From assembly GCF_001194135.2 (NCBI RefSeq), contig NC_068999.1, positions 54,942,246 to 55,006,245 on the forward strand: a stretch of DNA of 64,000 nt, written 5' to 3'. Position numbers and translations under genes: made by a program. The notes below the pieces were generated by a model. It had not been told where the DNA came from. It was given only the letters and a program-made list of their open reading frames with translations, and ran no database searches. Shown here piece by piece: positions 22,328 through 34,550 of this stretch (within the stretch, counting starts at the first letter, position 1; every line of letters starts with the position of its first letter). This DNA is from Octopus bimaculoides (Eukaryota).

Positions 22328-23927
22328 TATACTCAAAATTAATTCTCTGCTTGTTTGCTGGTAGATTGCAATTTAGCACAGTGGGGGATGACTCCCTTAA
22401 AGTACCAGGTGTTAAAACACCTGAAAGTCATGTGATGTGGGGCAAATTTTCTCACCTGTCTGTCTTTCAGGTGTTTTAACACTCGGTGCTTTGAAGGAGC
22501 CATTTTCACTGTGCTAATTCACATCCTGCTGGTGAACAAGCAATGCACAGACATTGAGTATGCGTGGTTGATAATGTATATTGGAAATATGTCTTTTACT
22601 TTAGCCTGATCCTAACTGATGACTTGTCAGTAAAATTGTTAGCTGTAACTATAATTTAAAGGGCCAGCTTTATCATACAATGTCATACTGATTCCGCTTT
22701 GGAACTATGGTAAGGGGACACATGGCTACATGGTTAAGAAGCTCTTGTTTGTCATTGGACTATGGCTGTGCTGGAGCACTATCTTGATGGATTTTAGTCG
22801 AAAAAAATCAACCCCAGTTATTATTTTTTTAAGTGTGGTACTTACTGTAAAAGTCTCCATTGCTGAACTGCTAAGTTACAGAAATGTAATCAACCCAACA
22901 CCAGTTGTCAGGCAGTGGCTGGAAGAACAGGCACACACACCAGGCTTCCACACAGTTTCTGTCTACCAACTTCACTCATAAAGCATTGTGCTGTGCAGTG
23001 GAACTGAACCTGAAACCACATGATTGCAAAGTGAGCTTCTTTTACCATAACCATGTATATATGTGTCCGTACACACACACACGTAAATACTCAAGTTATA
23101 TGGAATATAGTGTGGGGTGCTGTCCTGAGTTAGACATGAAACTGTATCCAATGGTGAAGCTCCAGCCTGGAGATTTGGGGAGTATGGAGTTACTCTTGAG
23201 TCACCTCTACTTCCATGTTTGTTCTGGACATGGGGCAGTAATACTTGTGAAGGGTTCCAGTAACTGGATCAAATAACAGAAGGCTGTCTTGTGGCTAAGG
23301 TGTACAGAACACATAGCAAAGCTGGTTCTCAGGCATGACACACTGGGCCAACTGGTGTATGGATATGTTCTGATATCCCTTGAACCAGTCCTGTTTCCCT
23401 GCCTAAGGGTTAAATAGACCTCAGGGTTAAGCTCAGGAGATCAGCAGGTTAAACTGTAAATAATCTGCCAGAAGGCAACAGGGGAAGCCACCACAGTATC
23501 ATTCCTAAGGAAAAAGAAAGTTATGAATATTCAGACTGGCAAAAGAGGTCCATAATTTCCAATACTTGCAGGCATGACACAGGGTGGGTGGAGGACAGAG
23601 AATACCAGAGTGAAAACGAGAGTATTTATAGTGTTTTTGTAGCGTTTGACATTTAGGACAACGTGTGTGTGTCGTATACTGTTTGGTACAATGTATTTAT
23701 ATTATATACTATTTAGAATAATGTATGTATATGGCTGGTGTTGTGTGTGTGTATGGTATACAGTGTGCATATATTATATAGTATTTGATACAGTGTATTA
23801 TATTATGCTATATTATATTAATGCATGTGTGCGTTGAAAAATTCTTCAAATGCTGCTCTGACAGCAATGGCTTTTGAGGCAGAAACGAATTTTTTCCATT
23901 CTTTGCTTTTTTTTTCTGTATTTACAG

Positions 23928-24092
23928 TCAATGGTACAGAGGTTCCTGGATTTGTTGGACATCAGTAAATTTGACGTGGACCACAAGTTGCAGTATCTCT
24001 GTTACAGATTGGATTTCAATGAGCATTACAAGACTCTTGGCTCAATGAAAGGCATGTATAGCCAATACATTAATGGCATTGAGATATATTAA
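23928..24092 (+). CDS. TUBGCP3: GCP3 terminal coding exon
   Basis: tacag|; SMVQRFLDLLDISKFDVDHKLQYLCYRLDFNEHYKTLGSMKGMYSQYINGIEIY*; RLDFNEHY is the conserved GCP3 C-terminal motif; TAA at 24090-24092. Confidence 0.95.
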   Translation, partial: SMVQRFLDLLDISKFDVDHKLQYLCYRLDFNEHYKTLGSMKGMYSQYINGIEIY

Positions 24093-24329
24093 TGTTTTGT
24101 AAACTGGCAGACAAATCTTTCTCACTTGGTTAATTAGCGGGGGCTCATATTAATGGGAATTCATGACCAAGCAATAAATACAGCTTCTTGAAAATTAGCT
24201 ATAATTAGCACGACATCTGACAGCAGTAACAGTACTTGTACATGCATCACAAATGCACACTCATACATAAGCACACATGCACACAGGTGTGCATGCGTGC
24301 TCACACACAGTTATTTTATTCAGGTTATA

Positions 24330-24395
24330 AATAAATTGTATTTGTGTGTCTGTGTGTTTTGTGTTTCTGTGTGTTTTGTGTCTCTGTGTATGTGA
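24330..24395 (+). terminator. Probable TUBGCP3 polyadenylation signal with GU-rich downstream element
   Basis: AATAAA at 24330-24335 followed by tgtatttgtgtgtctgtgtgttttgtgtttctgtgtg; a second AATAAA lies at 24173-24178. Confidence 0.55.
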
Positions 24396-27300
24396 GCTGG
24401 TACATTTAGAGTCAGCACATTGCAACAGACAAAATACCAGAGTGCTAACGATCCTGCCAACTTGCTGCTTTAAATAATAATATTCTTAGTGGTTTCAAAT
24501 TTTGCCACAAGGGCAGCAATTACATCGACCCCAGTGTTTAACTGGTACTTATTTTATCGACCCCTAACGGATCAAAGGCAAAGTCAACCGTGGCAGAATT
24601 TGAACTCAGAATGTAGCGATGGGTGAAATACCACTCAGCATTTCGTCCAGCGTGCTAACAGTTCTGCCAGTTCGCCACTTAGATGAAAGGCAAAGTCAGC
24701 CTCAGTGGAATTTAAACTCAGAACTTATGAAGATGATAATAATAATAAACAAACACACAATTATGATGGAGATATTTATAAATCAGAGCAAAGTTGCAGA
24801 GAAACAAATAGTCCTGGCAATTGTGTGCGAATTGAACCTGTTAACGTGTGAGTGGGGCATGAAAAAAGTAAATGTAAATAAAACATTTTGATCAGAGCAA
24901 TGTGTGTATACATATATATACACCCACCCACATACAACCATATATTTATATACATACATATCATTCATGCACACAAACATGTATACATATACGAGCATAC
25001 ATACATCATCTTCATAGATTTTATGTCCAATTTCCAAAAGCTGCATGGGTTAGATGGTATTTTCTGAGGCAGATATATTATATCATAGCCAGATGCCCTG
25101 TTAACCATTACCTGTTTCCAAATAGGCTAATATTTCTCCATGGCTGGACATGTTATCATAGAAAATTGGATGATGGTGCTCATTCACCACCATTACACTA
25201 TGCCAAATGTAAACGAACACACACATATATGTGGGCTTCGTTCAGTCTCTACCCAATCTATTTGCAAGGATTTAGTCAGATTGGGGCTATAAGAGAAGAC
25301 ATTTGCCCCAAGTGTCCTACAATGAGAATGAATCCAAAACATCTTGAAAACAAACTTCTTACAACACAACTGTGCCATCACCTACATATACAGAGTCTGC
25401 CAAAAGAATGTATACGCACTTTAGGAAAGGAAAAAAAATCTGTATAAATATTTTTTATTCAGTGTTATCACGATTTGATAAAACATTAAAAGAGGTGTCT
25501 ATATTTATAAGTCTTCTTTTTCTGAAGTGTATATGCATTTTTTGGGGTGGACTCTGTGTGTGTGTGTGCGCATCTAGACATAAAATTGTTTTTTATGGCA
25601 CTGTAGAGCTATCTACTAAGAGCTTTTGGCTGACCAAAAGCATAGTGTGAGTGGATTTGGTAGCTGAAATCTGATAGAAGCCCAATTGTGTGTCTGTCTA
25701 CACTCTCCAAAATTCACTCAGCTACAAGTGGTGATGTTGCTGTTGTTTCTCTTGTAAACAAGACGTCTACAGATCTTGCACTTTTGAATAGGAAAACGTA
25801 AGAGTTAGTGACAAGGGCATCCGGCTATAAAACAATGCCTCAACAATATATCTGTGTAACCCATAAAAGCATGGAAAACCAGATGTATGTGTACGTATAC
25901 ATACATATATAAACACACACACAATTATATATACATACATCTCACATGTACATGCATACACACACTTATACCAGTGTTCAATATATCAATTTAGAATTAA
26001 AAAATACTGATATATTGAAAGACTGGTATAACTGTCATATAGATATATTTAATTATAGTGGAGTCCTTGAAGGATCAAATAATGATTTCTTTATATAGAA
26101 AACAAAACTACATATAATTTTTTCTTTGGGCGGGAGGAGAGGTAAGGAAATAAACTCCTCAATATATAGCTGATATTTTATTTTATTGACCCTGGAAGAA
26201 TGAAAGGCAAAATTGAGATCAAAGGGATTTGAAACTCAGAATGTAATGGAACTTCGTTAAATACCATGTCGTTTTGTTCGACGCTCTAATTCTGCATATC
26301 CAACAAAGGAGAAATAATAATATAAAAGAAAGCAAAACTTCAGAGTAAAAAAATAAAAACAACCCACAATTGCCAATTTTCTAAATATATATATATATAC
26401 ACTCCTGTATTAAATTCTATTTTTCTTGTTTGATCTATATGTTTAACCTATATGTGTACAGGCACAAAAGCCCTATATTTTAGGTGTCAGAGTGGCTGTG
26501 GTGAGAACTATGACGTTCATGCCTACACCTAACAAAAATATTTATCAGTGCCTGCAGAAAGTGAAATTGCTCCGACTGAGCAGTCATTACCAAAGTTATA
26601 ACAGTGGTTTCTTATAGTGTTGCTGTACCTAGCAGTGTGAAACACCTGGCCTCCTGCCAGACAATATAACTGTCTTTGCTACCCCTGCTTAGCCAGGGTC
26701 AAGTAGTTTATCAGCTGCTAATAAGAGAAGCTGATGCAGAAAGGTTACATTTAAGTAACAACAGTCTTTTAAACATGAGGATTATTTTAAATATTGTCTC
26801 TTCCTGTCTTCCAAATCTATTTTAAGGATTACTACACAACTCACAATAATATCAATTTCTAAGATGCAAGGCCATATAAAATGCAGGCAGAGCCAGTTCA
26901 TTAAATCAACCTCAGGTCTTCCACTGTTACTTTATTTTATTGACCCTGAAAGAACGAAAGTTAAACTCAACCATAGCAGGATTTGAACTTAGAACATAAA
27001 GAGCCAAAACTAAACACCACAGAGCATAATTTCTACTATAGGCACAAGGCCTAGAATTTGTGGGGAGGGGTATATGTCGATTACATCGACCCCAATACTT
27101 GACCGGTACTTATTTTATCGACTCTGGCAGAATTTGAACTCAGAACGTAAAGATGGGCAAAATGTCGCTAAACATTTTGCCCAGCATGTTAACGATTCTG
27201 CCAGCTCATCGCCTCTGCTCTCCTAATAATTTCCACCATAGGCACATAATTGGGGNNNNNNNNNNNNNNNNNNNNNNNNNNNNNNNNNNNNNNNNNNNNN

Positions 27301-30242
27301 NNNNNNNNNNNNNNGGGGGGGGGGGGGAAGCAACTAAATAAAACCAACCTTAGTATTTGACTGCTACTTTATTTCACACTCCCACCCCACAATGAAAGGC
27401 AATGTTGGCACAGGCAGGATTTGAACAGAATTGAGTGGTATTTGGGATGCTACAGATTCTGTCAACCATTATTCTAATAATAATGTTTCTTATTTAGACA
27501 CAAGGCCAGTAATTTTGAAAGGAGGAGGCTTAGTCAATTACAGTTATCCTAGTACTTGACTGGTTACCTTATTTCATTGATCCTGAAAGAATAAAAGGCA
27601 ATGTTGACTTTGGAGGGATTTAAACTTAGAACATGAAGAGCCAGAATAAATACAAGGCATTTTTCTACACTACTGATTCTGCCAATAATAAGGTTTCTAA
27701 TATATAGGCACAAGTCCAGGTATTTGGGAAGGGATTAGTCAATTACATCAACCCCAGTACTTGACTGGTACTTTATTTTATAGACCCTGGAAGGATGAAA
27801 GGCAAAGTCGACCTCAGCAGGATTTGGATTCTGAATGTAAAAGTGCGGACAAATACTACAAAGCAATTTTTCCCACTCTATTGATTCAGCCCATCCACTG
27901 CCATTAATAATAATAATAATAATGATGTAGCATTAGTCCTTAATTTGTAGTGAGACAGGTGTATATAACTGAATCTATCTCAAACCTAACAACCACCACA
28001 ACTTTACAGACTCCATGATGCTAACATTTGTAGGGGCTGAAAGGAAACTTGAATGGATCGACTCAGAATACAGATAAAACTAAATTAAGGCATTCGTAAT
28101 AATAATTTCTTGCAAAGATTTGAGGCCTCAGATTCATGGAGGAGGCTGTGAAATTCACATCTCTTCTGTGAGTAGTTTCTGTTAGTAAATAAGATGGTCA
28201 CAAATGCAGGAAAAATGACTACAATTCAGCAAAATAATTTCAAGTACATTACTTGAACTTAATGACCCTTGTTGGATTTGAAGTCAGACCGTGACTGCCA
28301 CTAAGTGTATTGTTTGGTGAACTACGGTCAGTTATTTGAAGTAGTCAAGGGAAGATGCATGGCTTCCAGTTGAAAACTAGGTCATGCCAGGACTGTTAAC
28401 ATCTGAAATATAACCTAGCCAACAGCTGTGGTTTGCTATTTGAAACTTTTCTCTCACATGTACACCAAGTAAATGGGTTTCATTAACAAAGTTCAGTGTG
28501 GTAACACAATTAATACTCATTTGTACACGCTTACTCCTAAGGAAAATTCTGATATGAACTGACACATGCTAGTTGTGTTATTTTTAAGAAAAAAAACTGG
28601 TTATAGTCTTAGCCAGCACAACAAACAGGAACACTTGTGGAATACATTAAAAATAAGAAATGGCAGAATTTGAAGATCAGAAAATACTGGTTTAATAATT
28701 ATCTCTTAAAATCTATACAGCTCAAAATATTGTCTTTTAGAGAATATATACAGAACTAGTGCCAATGTTAAAATATTGCCTTTTAGAAGGAAAAAAAAAA
28801 CTGCTTAGTGTCAATGTTAAAATAATCTGGCTTTTAAAGAATAAATACACACACCTTAACACCAATGTTAAAATGCTCTGTATTCTAAAGAGTCTATATA
28901 CATCTAGGTGTTGAACTTAAAAAAAAACAAAACAAATGACCCAGATGGTTGGTTGATCAAATCAATTTTTGGAGTGTACTGTATGCCCCCCACCCACNNN
29001 NNNNNNNNNNNNNNNNNNNNNNNNNNNNNNNNNNNNNNNNNNNNNNNNNNNNNNNNNNNNNNNNNNNNNNNNNNNNNNNNNNNNNNNNNNNNNNNNNNNN
29101 NNNNNNNNNNNNNNAAAGGGAACAGCAGATTTAGTTAAAAAGATAAATAAAGCAGTGACTTAAGGCAGCACACAGTAAACTGAACTAACCACTATTAATA
29201 TTGAATTGTTGTACTGGTGCATCAGTAAATGTTGCCAATACAATAGCTACTTCTACTGAACCAGTATAACTGTTGCCTAATGTGATAAGTTAATGCGGCT
29301 GCTGTATCAGTGCAGTTAATAATTGTTGCCAATATAACAGTTACAATTGGCTGCTGCACTTGTGCAACAAATTGCATGTGAAAGCAGTTCTAACCTTGGC
29401 TGAAAGAGAAAGCTGCTTTGAGGCTGAGACACTGCAAATCAGCTTTCATTCAGCTATGTGTTCTTCTGCTTCCACAAACTAATATAGAGCAAGCAGGGAG
29501 AGAAGGGTTGACAGGAGCAGGACATGTGAAATGAGCAGCAAACAGCTCAAATGATTTAAATTAATTAAAATCCAAGGTAGTTCTCTTAAGATTTATCTCC
29601 ACTTGAAAATGTCCAAGAAAAAAAATATAAACTCTTATAATGGAAGCTAAATAGTTTTGTATCTTTTTTTTTTTTTTTTTATCTCCAAACGATTGAAATG
29701 TCTTTTAAGCTAAATTAACAGTCTCTTCATTATAAAGTGACCACATAAAAACAAGGTTTTCTGGCCAAAATGTATTCTTGTGCAAATACATTTACAATTT
29801 GTTATGTGTTTAGCCAGCCACTCACTCACTCATTTATCTCTTGCACTCACTCACTTCTCACCAATAAGTTGGACACTGTTTTACTTTACAACAGGCTGGA
29901 CAATACTGGAATAGATCACCTTCTCCACCTCTTTCCCAACCACTTTTCACATTTATTAGATTTATAATCTAGGTTAGCTTGAGATCCAATAATTGCTGTG
30001 ATTCATCATCCTTTAATCTGCCAGCAATACAAACAAACTGTAAAATCAGCTTCATATCTCTCAAAGCTGCTGGTTGATAGTTTTATTTGGGGGTTGGTTG
30101 GATTTTGGGGTGTTTTTTTTAGGTGCTTTTGTTATATTTAATGCTTATTTTTTTTTTTGTTTTGTTTTGGTTTTTTTGTCCTGCATGTCATCATCTCCAG
30201 CCTTCAAGCCACCTCCTGCAAGCAGTGTGTCCTTGCTTACTG

Positions 30243-30425
30243 TTAAGATGCTTCTACAGCTTTCAGTTCTTTAATTTGCTTTATCAAATAAGCCTTCTCG
30301 TCGTTGAACTGTTCATCTTCAGAACGGTCTGTGTGAAACTTGGTGAGGAAATCAACGAGCTTCTCCTTATTCCTGAGTAAAATGTCAAGAATGGCTTTTG
30401 GCTTGTTGGGGTTAGCAACAAATAC
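30243..30425 (-). CDS. CAB39: CAB39/MO25 terminal coding exon
   Basis: cag|[60 protein letters not shown]; total spliced CDS 1020 nt = 339 aa. Confidence 0.97.
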   Translation of the reverse strand, partial: VFVANPNKPKAILDILLRNKEKLVDFLTKFHTDRSEDEQFNDEKAYLIKQIKELKAVEAS

Positions 30426-30597
30426 CTGTGAGAGATAGCAACATACAATTATGGATGTAGACAAGAAAAAGTACTGATAAAAATAATTCATAAACTAATA
30501 TAGCAAGATAAACATTATTTCATCTTTTTGATACCAAACCACTTGAGATAACCCCAGGCTCTTATGATACAAATTTCCCGTTTCAAAGGATCTAAAT

Positions 30598-30825
30598 TGG
30601 TGGTTCTCAACTGGGATCAATATAAGATTTTTGGGGGTCCATGCAAGCAAAATAGTAAATTGAGGATGCATAGTAATATATTATGGGTCCGTGAAAAGAT
30701 TTTGCTTTAGATGTATTTATTGCAATAAACAGCTGGGTTTCTTTCTCAAATGTTTTACTCAGTTCAACCTACACAAGTTGTGTTGGAGAAGAAAAAAAAA
30801 GTATCCATAAGGTTGAGAACCACTG
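30598..30825. mobile_element. hAT-type MITE in the last CAB39 intron
   Basis: TIR (ca)gtggttctcaac/gttgagaaccactg; 8-bp TSD atctaaat (30590-97) / atcttaat (30826-33). Confidence 0.8.
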
Positions 30826-31542
30826 ATCTTAATAAACTGGCACTCCATCGATTATGGCAACGAGCATTGCAGTTGATCCAATCAACAGAACAGCCTGCTC
30901 ACGAAAACGATGTACAGGTGGCTGAGCAATCCAGACATGCATAACCTTGAGGTAGTTCTCGGGGAGACTCAGCATGACACAGATTCAATATTACAGGTAC
31001 TACTCATTTTTGCTAGCTGAGTGGACTGCAGATATGTGAAATAATGTGTCTTGTTCAAGGACAAAATGTGTCGCTGATTTTCCAACTCACAACCTTATAC
31101 AATCATAAAGTGAGTACTCTAACCATTAAGCCATGCACTTTCTTAATAAAACCTTCCATCAAAATGTTATGTTAATTTATGTTTGAAATACCAACTTAAC
31201 AATTACAAAGTTATTTCACTAAATTCTTCATTATTTTCAAAATTAATAGAAACTAGCTGGTGCATTTCAAGAGAAATAAGGTTAAAAAAAAAGGATTAAA
31301 TTAAAACTCAACTGAAGCACATTATTTGTAGACATAACTTGTTACATGGGTGGAAGGGGGAAGAGACTGGTTCATGTCAAGAAGCTTCCATTATTCAAAA
31401 GAGAGTTGAGTAGACAAATTTTTAAGGATAACCAAGCACGATCAGTAAGTCTTAAATGACTTATTTTATGGTGGCCTCCCAAACAGGATCAACAACAGGT
31501 AACATTTAGTCAATAAGTGTTTGAGTAAAGAGAGAAACTTAC

Positions 31543-31686
31543 TTTGAAAACATGGAAAGCTTCAAACTGTATATTACGGCTTTTCTCTCGCAGCATATTC
31601 ATCATAAGTTTCAGATTGTCAGGGTTTGTGATGTAGCGAGTCATTATGGTAAAATTGTGTCGGTCCAACAGCAATTCACCCAGCAA
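31543..31686 (-). CDS. CAB39: CAB39/MO25 exon
   Basis: tag|[48 protein letters not shown]|gtaagt. Confidence 0.97.
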
Positions 31687-32698
31687 CTAGAAACATCAAA
31701 GAGACTTTTTAGTCAGAACACAACACTACCTAACACACTAACGATGGACTTTCATACTCAAGGTATTGGTCAATTTGAGGCAATAGTAGTAGACACATAA
31801 AATGCCACAGTGGAATTGAAGTCAGAACCAAGTGGTAGCAAAGCAATAATTAAATAATCCTTTTCATACCAACACAAAATAATTAATCCTTTTGATATCA
31901 ACCCACCCACAACTGTCTTGCTTTTAGGATACAAATTTTCTATATAAAGTAATCTAAATTACAATTTCCCATTAAAATTCCAAATTAATTTATGTTCCAT
32001 TTACCAGATAATTTAGCAAATTTTTTATTTTCAAAATTAATTGCAATAAAGAGGGAGTAGTTCATTCAACAAAAGGGCTAAGATGCACAATGTGAAGTTG
32101 GTTAGAAATTATCTGAGAACATGGATGTAAAACACTCTGAAAGCAGATGTAAAAGGTTTTTAATCCACTGAAGGCATTTGTTGGAAAGCGAAATCTGCTA
32201 TGTTCAACATCTTGATAATTTCAAAGTCCTTCCTTCTTGTTTAGGCCCAGGTCAGCCTTGATCCAGCAGACCTCTCATCAAAAATATTTGAACCATGACC
32301 ATCTTATTTATTTGTTCATTTTTTGGCTTTCAAACATAATGCGTCTCAAACTATATTGTTCAATGTATCCTTTACATTTTATTATTAAAGAAAAAGGCAC
32401 ATTATGATTTGAAGGAAATACTGACTGCTATTTCTAACAGGTCAGCTGGCCATGTAGAGGCTCCCAGTACAAGCAGATACACAGCTTTCCTTGCTAGACC
32501 ATATTACCACATGGTACATACTGACAGCTAGATGGAATGAGTCATATGAAAGCCAAATGTTTTGACTAAAACCACAGAAATGCCATTGTAATGTGCACCA
32601 CTGACTGTGCAGTTCATAGGGTTCTTAGTTGGCTCAGTCAGTTACTGTCTGATCCAAATATTTGTTCTCTGACACTATCTAGCAATAAAATTACTTAC

Positions 32699-32824
32699 TT
32701 TCAATGCCTGCCTTCTTGTAACATAGTTCTCAGAATTTAGGAGCCTTTGGTAAGTTTCAAAGACTTTATCATAATTATTTTCCAAAAACTCAGCACTAAG
32801 CATCTTATGTTTCGTTAACAATTC
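32699..32824 (-). CDS. CAB39: CAB39/MO25 exon
   Basis: cag|[42 protein letters not shown]|gtaagt. Confidence 0.97.
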
Positions 32825-33007
32825 CTGAAAGGAGAAAAAAATTAAAAAAATCAAGATCATTAGGATTACTTTAAAATCATTTTGTAATGAAGTCGTAAAT
32901 TTTGGATTCTCTTCAGTAACAAATTTCATCAAGAAACCTCAACTATTGTAGAGAAAAATGATAATTTATCATTAGTTAATCTTGGTTTGAAGATAAATTA
33001 TATTTAA

Positions 33008-33212
33008 CCCTTTAGTGTTCAGATTACTCTGTTAAATGTAATATTTTTTCACTCAAATTGTTTTGAATTAATCATGCATTATCTCATAGCTTTGAGGTTT
33101 CAATGATGTGATTGGTTATTTTTAGAATGACAATGTAGGTTAGGTGTGAGAGGCTAGATATCACCAGTTTGAATATATTGGGCTGGATATGGCCGGTTTA
33201 AACACTAAAAGG
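33008..33212 (+). mobile_element. piggyBac-type MITE, family 1, near full length
   Basis: TTAA|ccctttagtg...cactaaaagg|TTAA. Confidence 0.82.
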
Positions 33213-33703
33213 TTAAGCCAAATAGACAAATATTCCAGCTTTGACTATATCATATCTGAAAAGAACACACTGTTTAAATGTGTGGGGAATTGTAAATAAG
33301 ATCATATATTTCTAGACGGACATTTAAAAAAAAAATCTCTAATACATTTAGATCAACAATATATACATAGTACTAGATTAGATTGAAAGTAGGAACATTT
33401 ATATATTGTTTCTTTGTTTTAAATTTATTCAGAAGTCTGTCAACTATGACAATTTCATTTCTTGGTAGTTTGTAATTTCTTTTCTCATACCATATATTTC
33501 AGCCATTAAGGGCTTCTCTCAATAAAACTTTCCACATCAATATTTTATCTTACTGAACTCATGTACAGTTAGAAATGTGAAGATCAATTATATAGAAATG
33601 AATCAGAATTGATATAATCTGTTTCTTAATATTTCTCACAGAAACTAGATTGATGGTAACTTGCTGCATTAAACAGATTAACTAGAGAAAACATGGGAAA
33701 TAC

Positions 33704-33872
33704 CTTGAAAGTAGAGAAGGCATCTGAAGCAATATCAAATGTGGACATTTCAACATAGTGGAAAAATTTATAGAATTCATCTGAATAAAGCATTATCTTG
33801 GCAAGAGGTTCATAGCGGCAGCATTCTCTCAGCATCATACCACAGTTCAGAGCAATTTCTTGCTGGTCATAG
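33704..33872 (-). CDS. CAB39: CAB39/MO25 exon
   Basis: cag|[56 protein letters not shown]|gtattt. Confidence 0.97.
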
Positions 33873-34138
33873 CTGCCAATAAGAGTTAGATTAACAGTTG
33901 TATAAACAATATTGAAATAAACATTTCTTTCATGAGACATGACACTTAGGGTTTACACAGTCAGAAGAAATAAAAGAGAACTGAAGTATCTAATCCCTTT
34001 TCAAACTTATTAAAAATGTAATTGAAGAAGTCATTTAATCATAAATTAGCACTAATCCAGCAGTCCTATGACAAAAGATGTTTCAGCTGTAGCTGACTGG
34101 TCTTTTATTTAGATAGTGTGTCTACAACTATATTAGGT

Positions 34139-34550
34139 GGAATTCTGGTTTAAGCATGCCATGTAACTTTTTTCTTTTATTGGAATTTTCAGAAAATTTG
34201 TGAATTTGTTCTACACAGGAATTCATATGATTATACAAGAAGCATATAAAACATTTTTTGGTGCATGATTTAAGGGCTGTTACTGTTAGCACATATGACC
34301 ACCTCATACCCTCCTTTGTTTGTCAGCCCAAAGTTCAGACTACCCATACTTTAAAATGTAATTTGTTTAAAAAAATTCAAAACATTAAAACAAAGTTTTC
34401 TTAAATTTCAAAAAATTTAAAAAAAGCTTTTTTTTAATACTTGTGTGAATTCCTGTGTGTAGAATACAAATTTGCAAAAATTTTCTGGAAATTCCAAAAA
34501 ACAAAAATAAAACAAGGAACGGTTATATGGTGTGCTTAAACCAGAATTCT
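34139..34550. mobile_element. Long-TIR MITE (superfamily unresolved)
   Basis: aattctggtttaagcatgccatgtaac / gttatatggtgtgcttaaaccagaatt plus an inner inverted block; second copy at 4009-4636. Confidence 0.72.
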
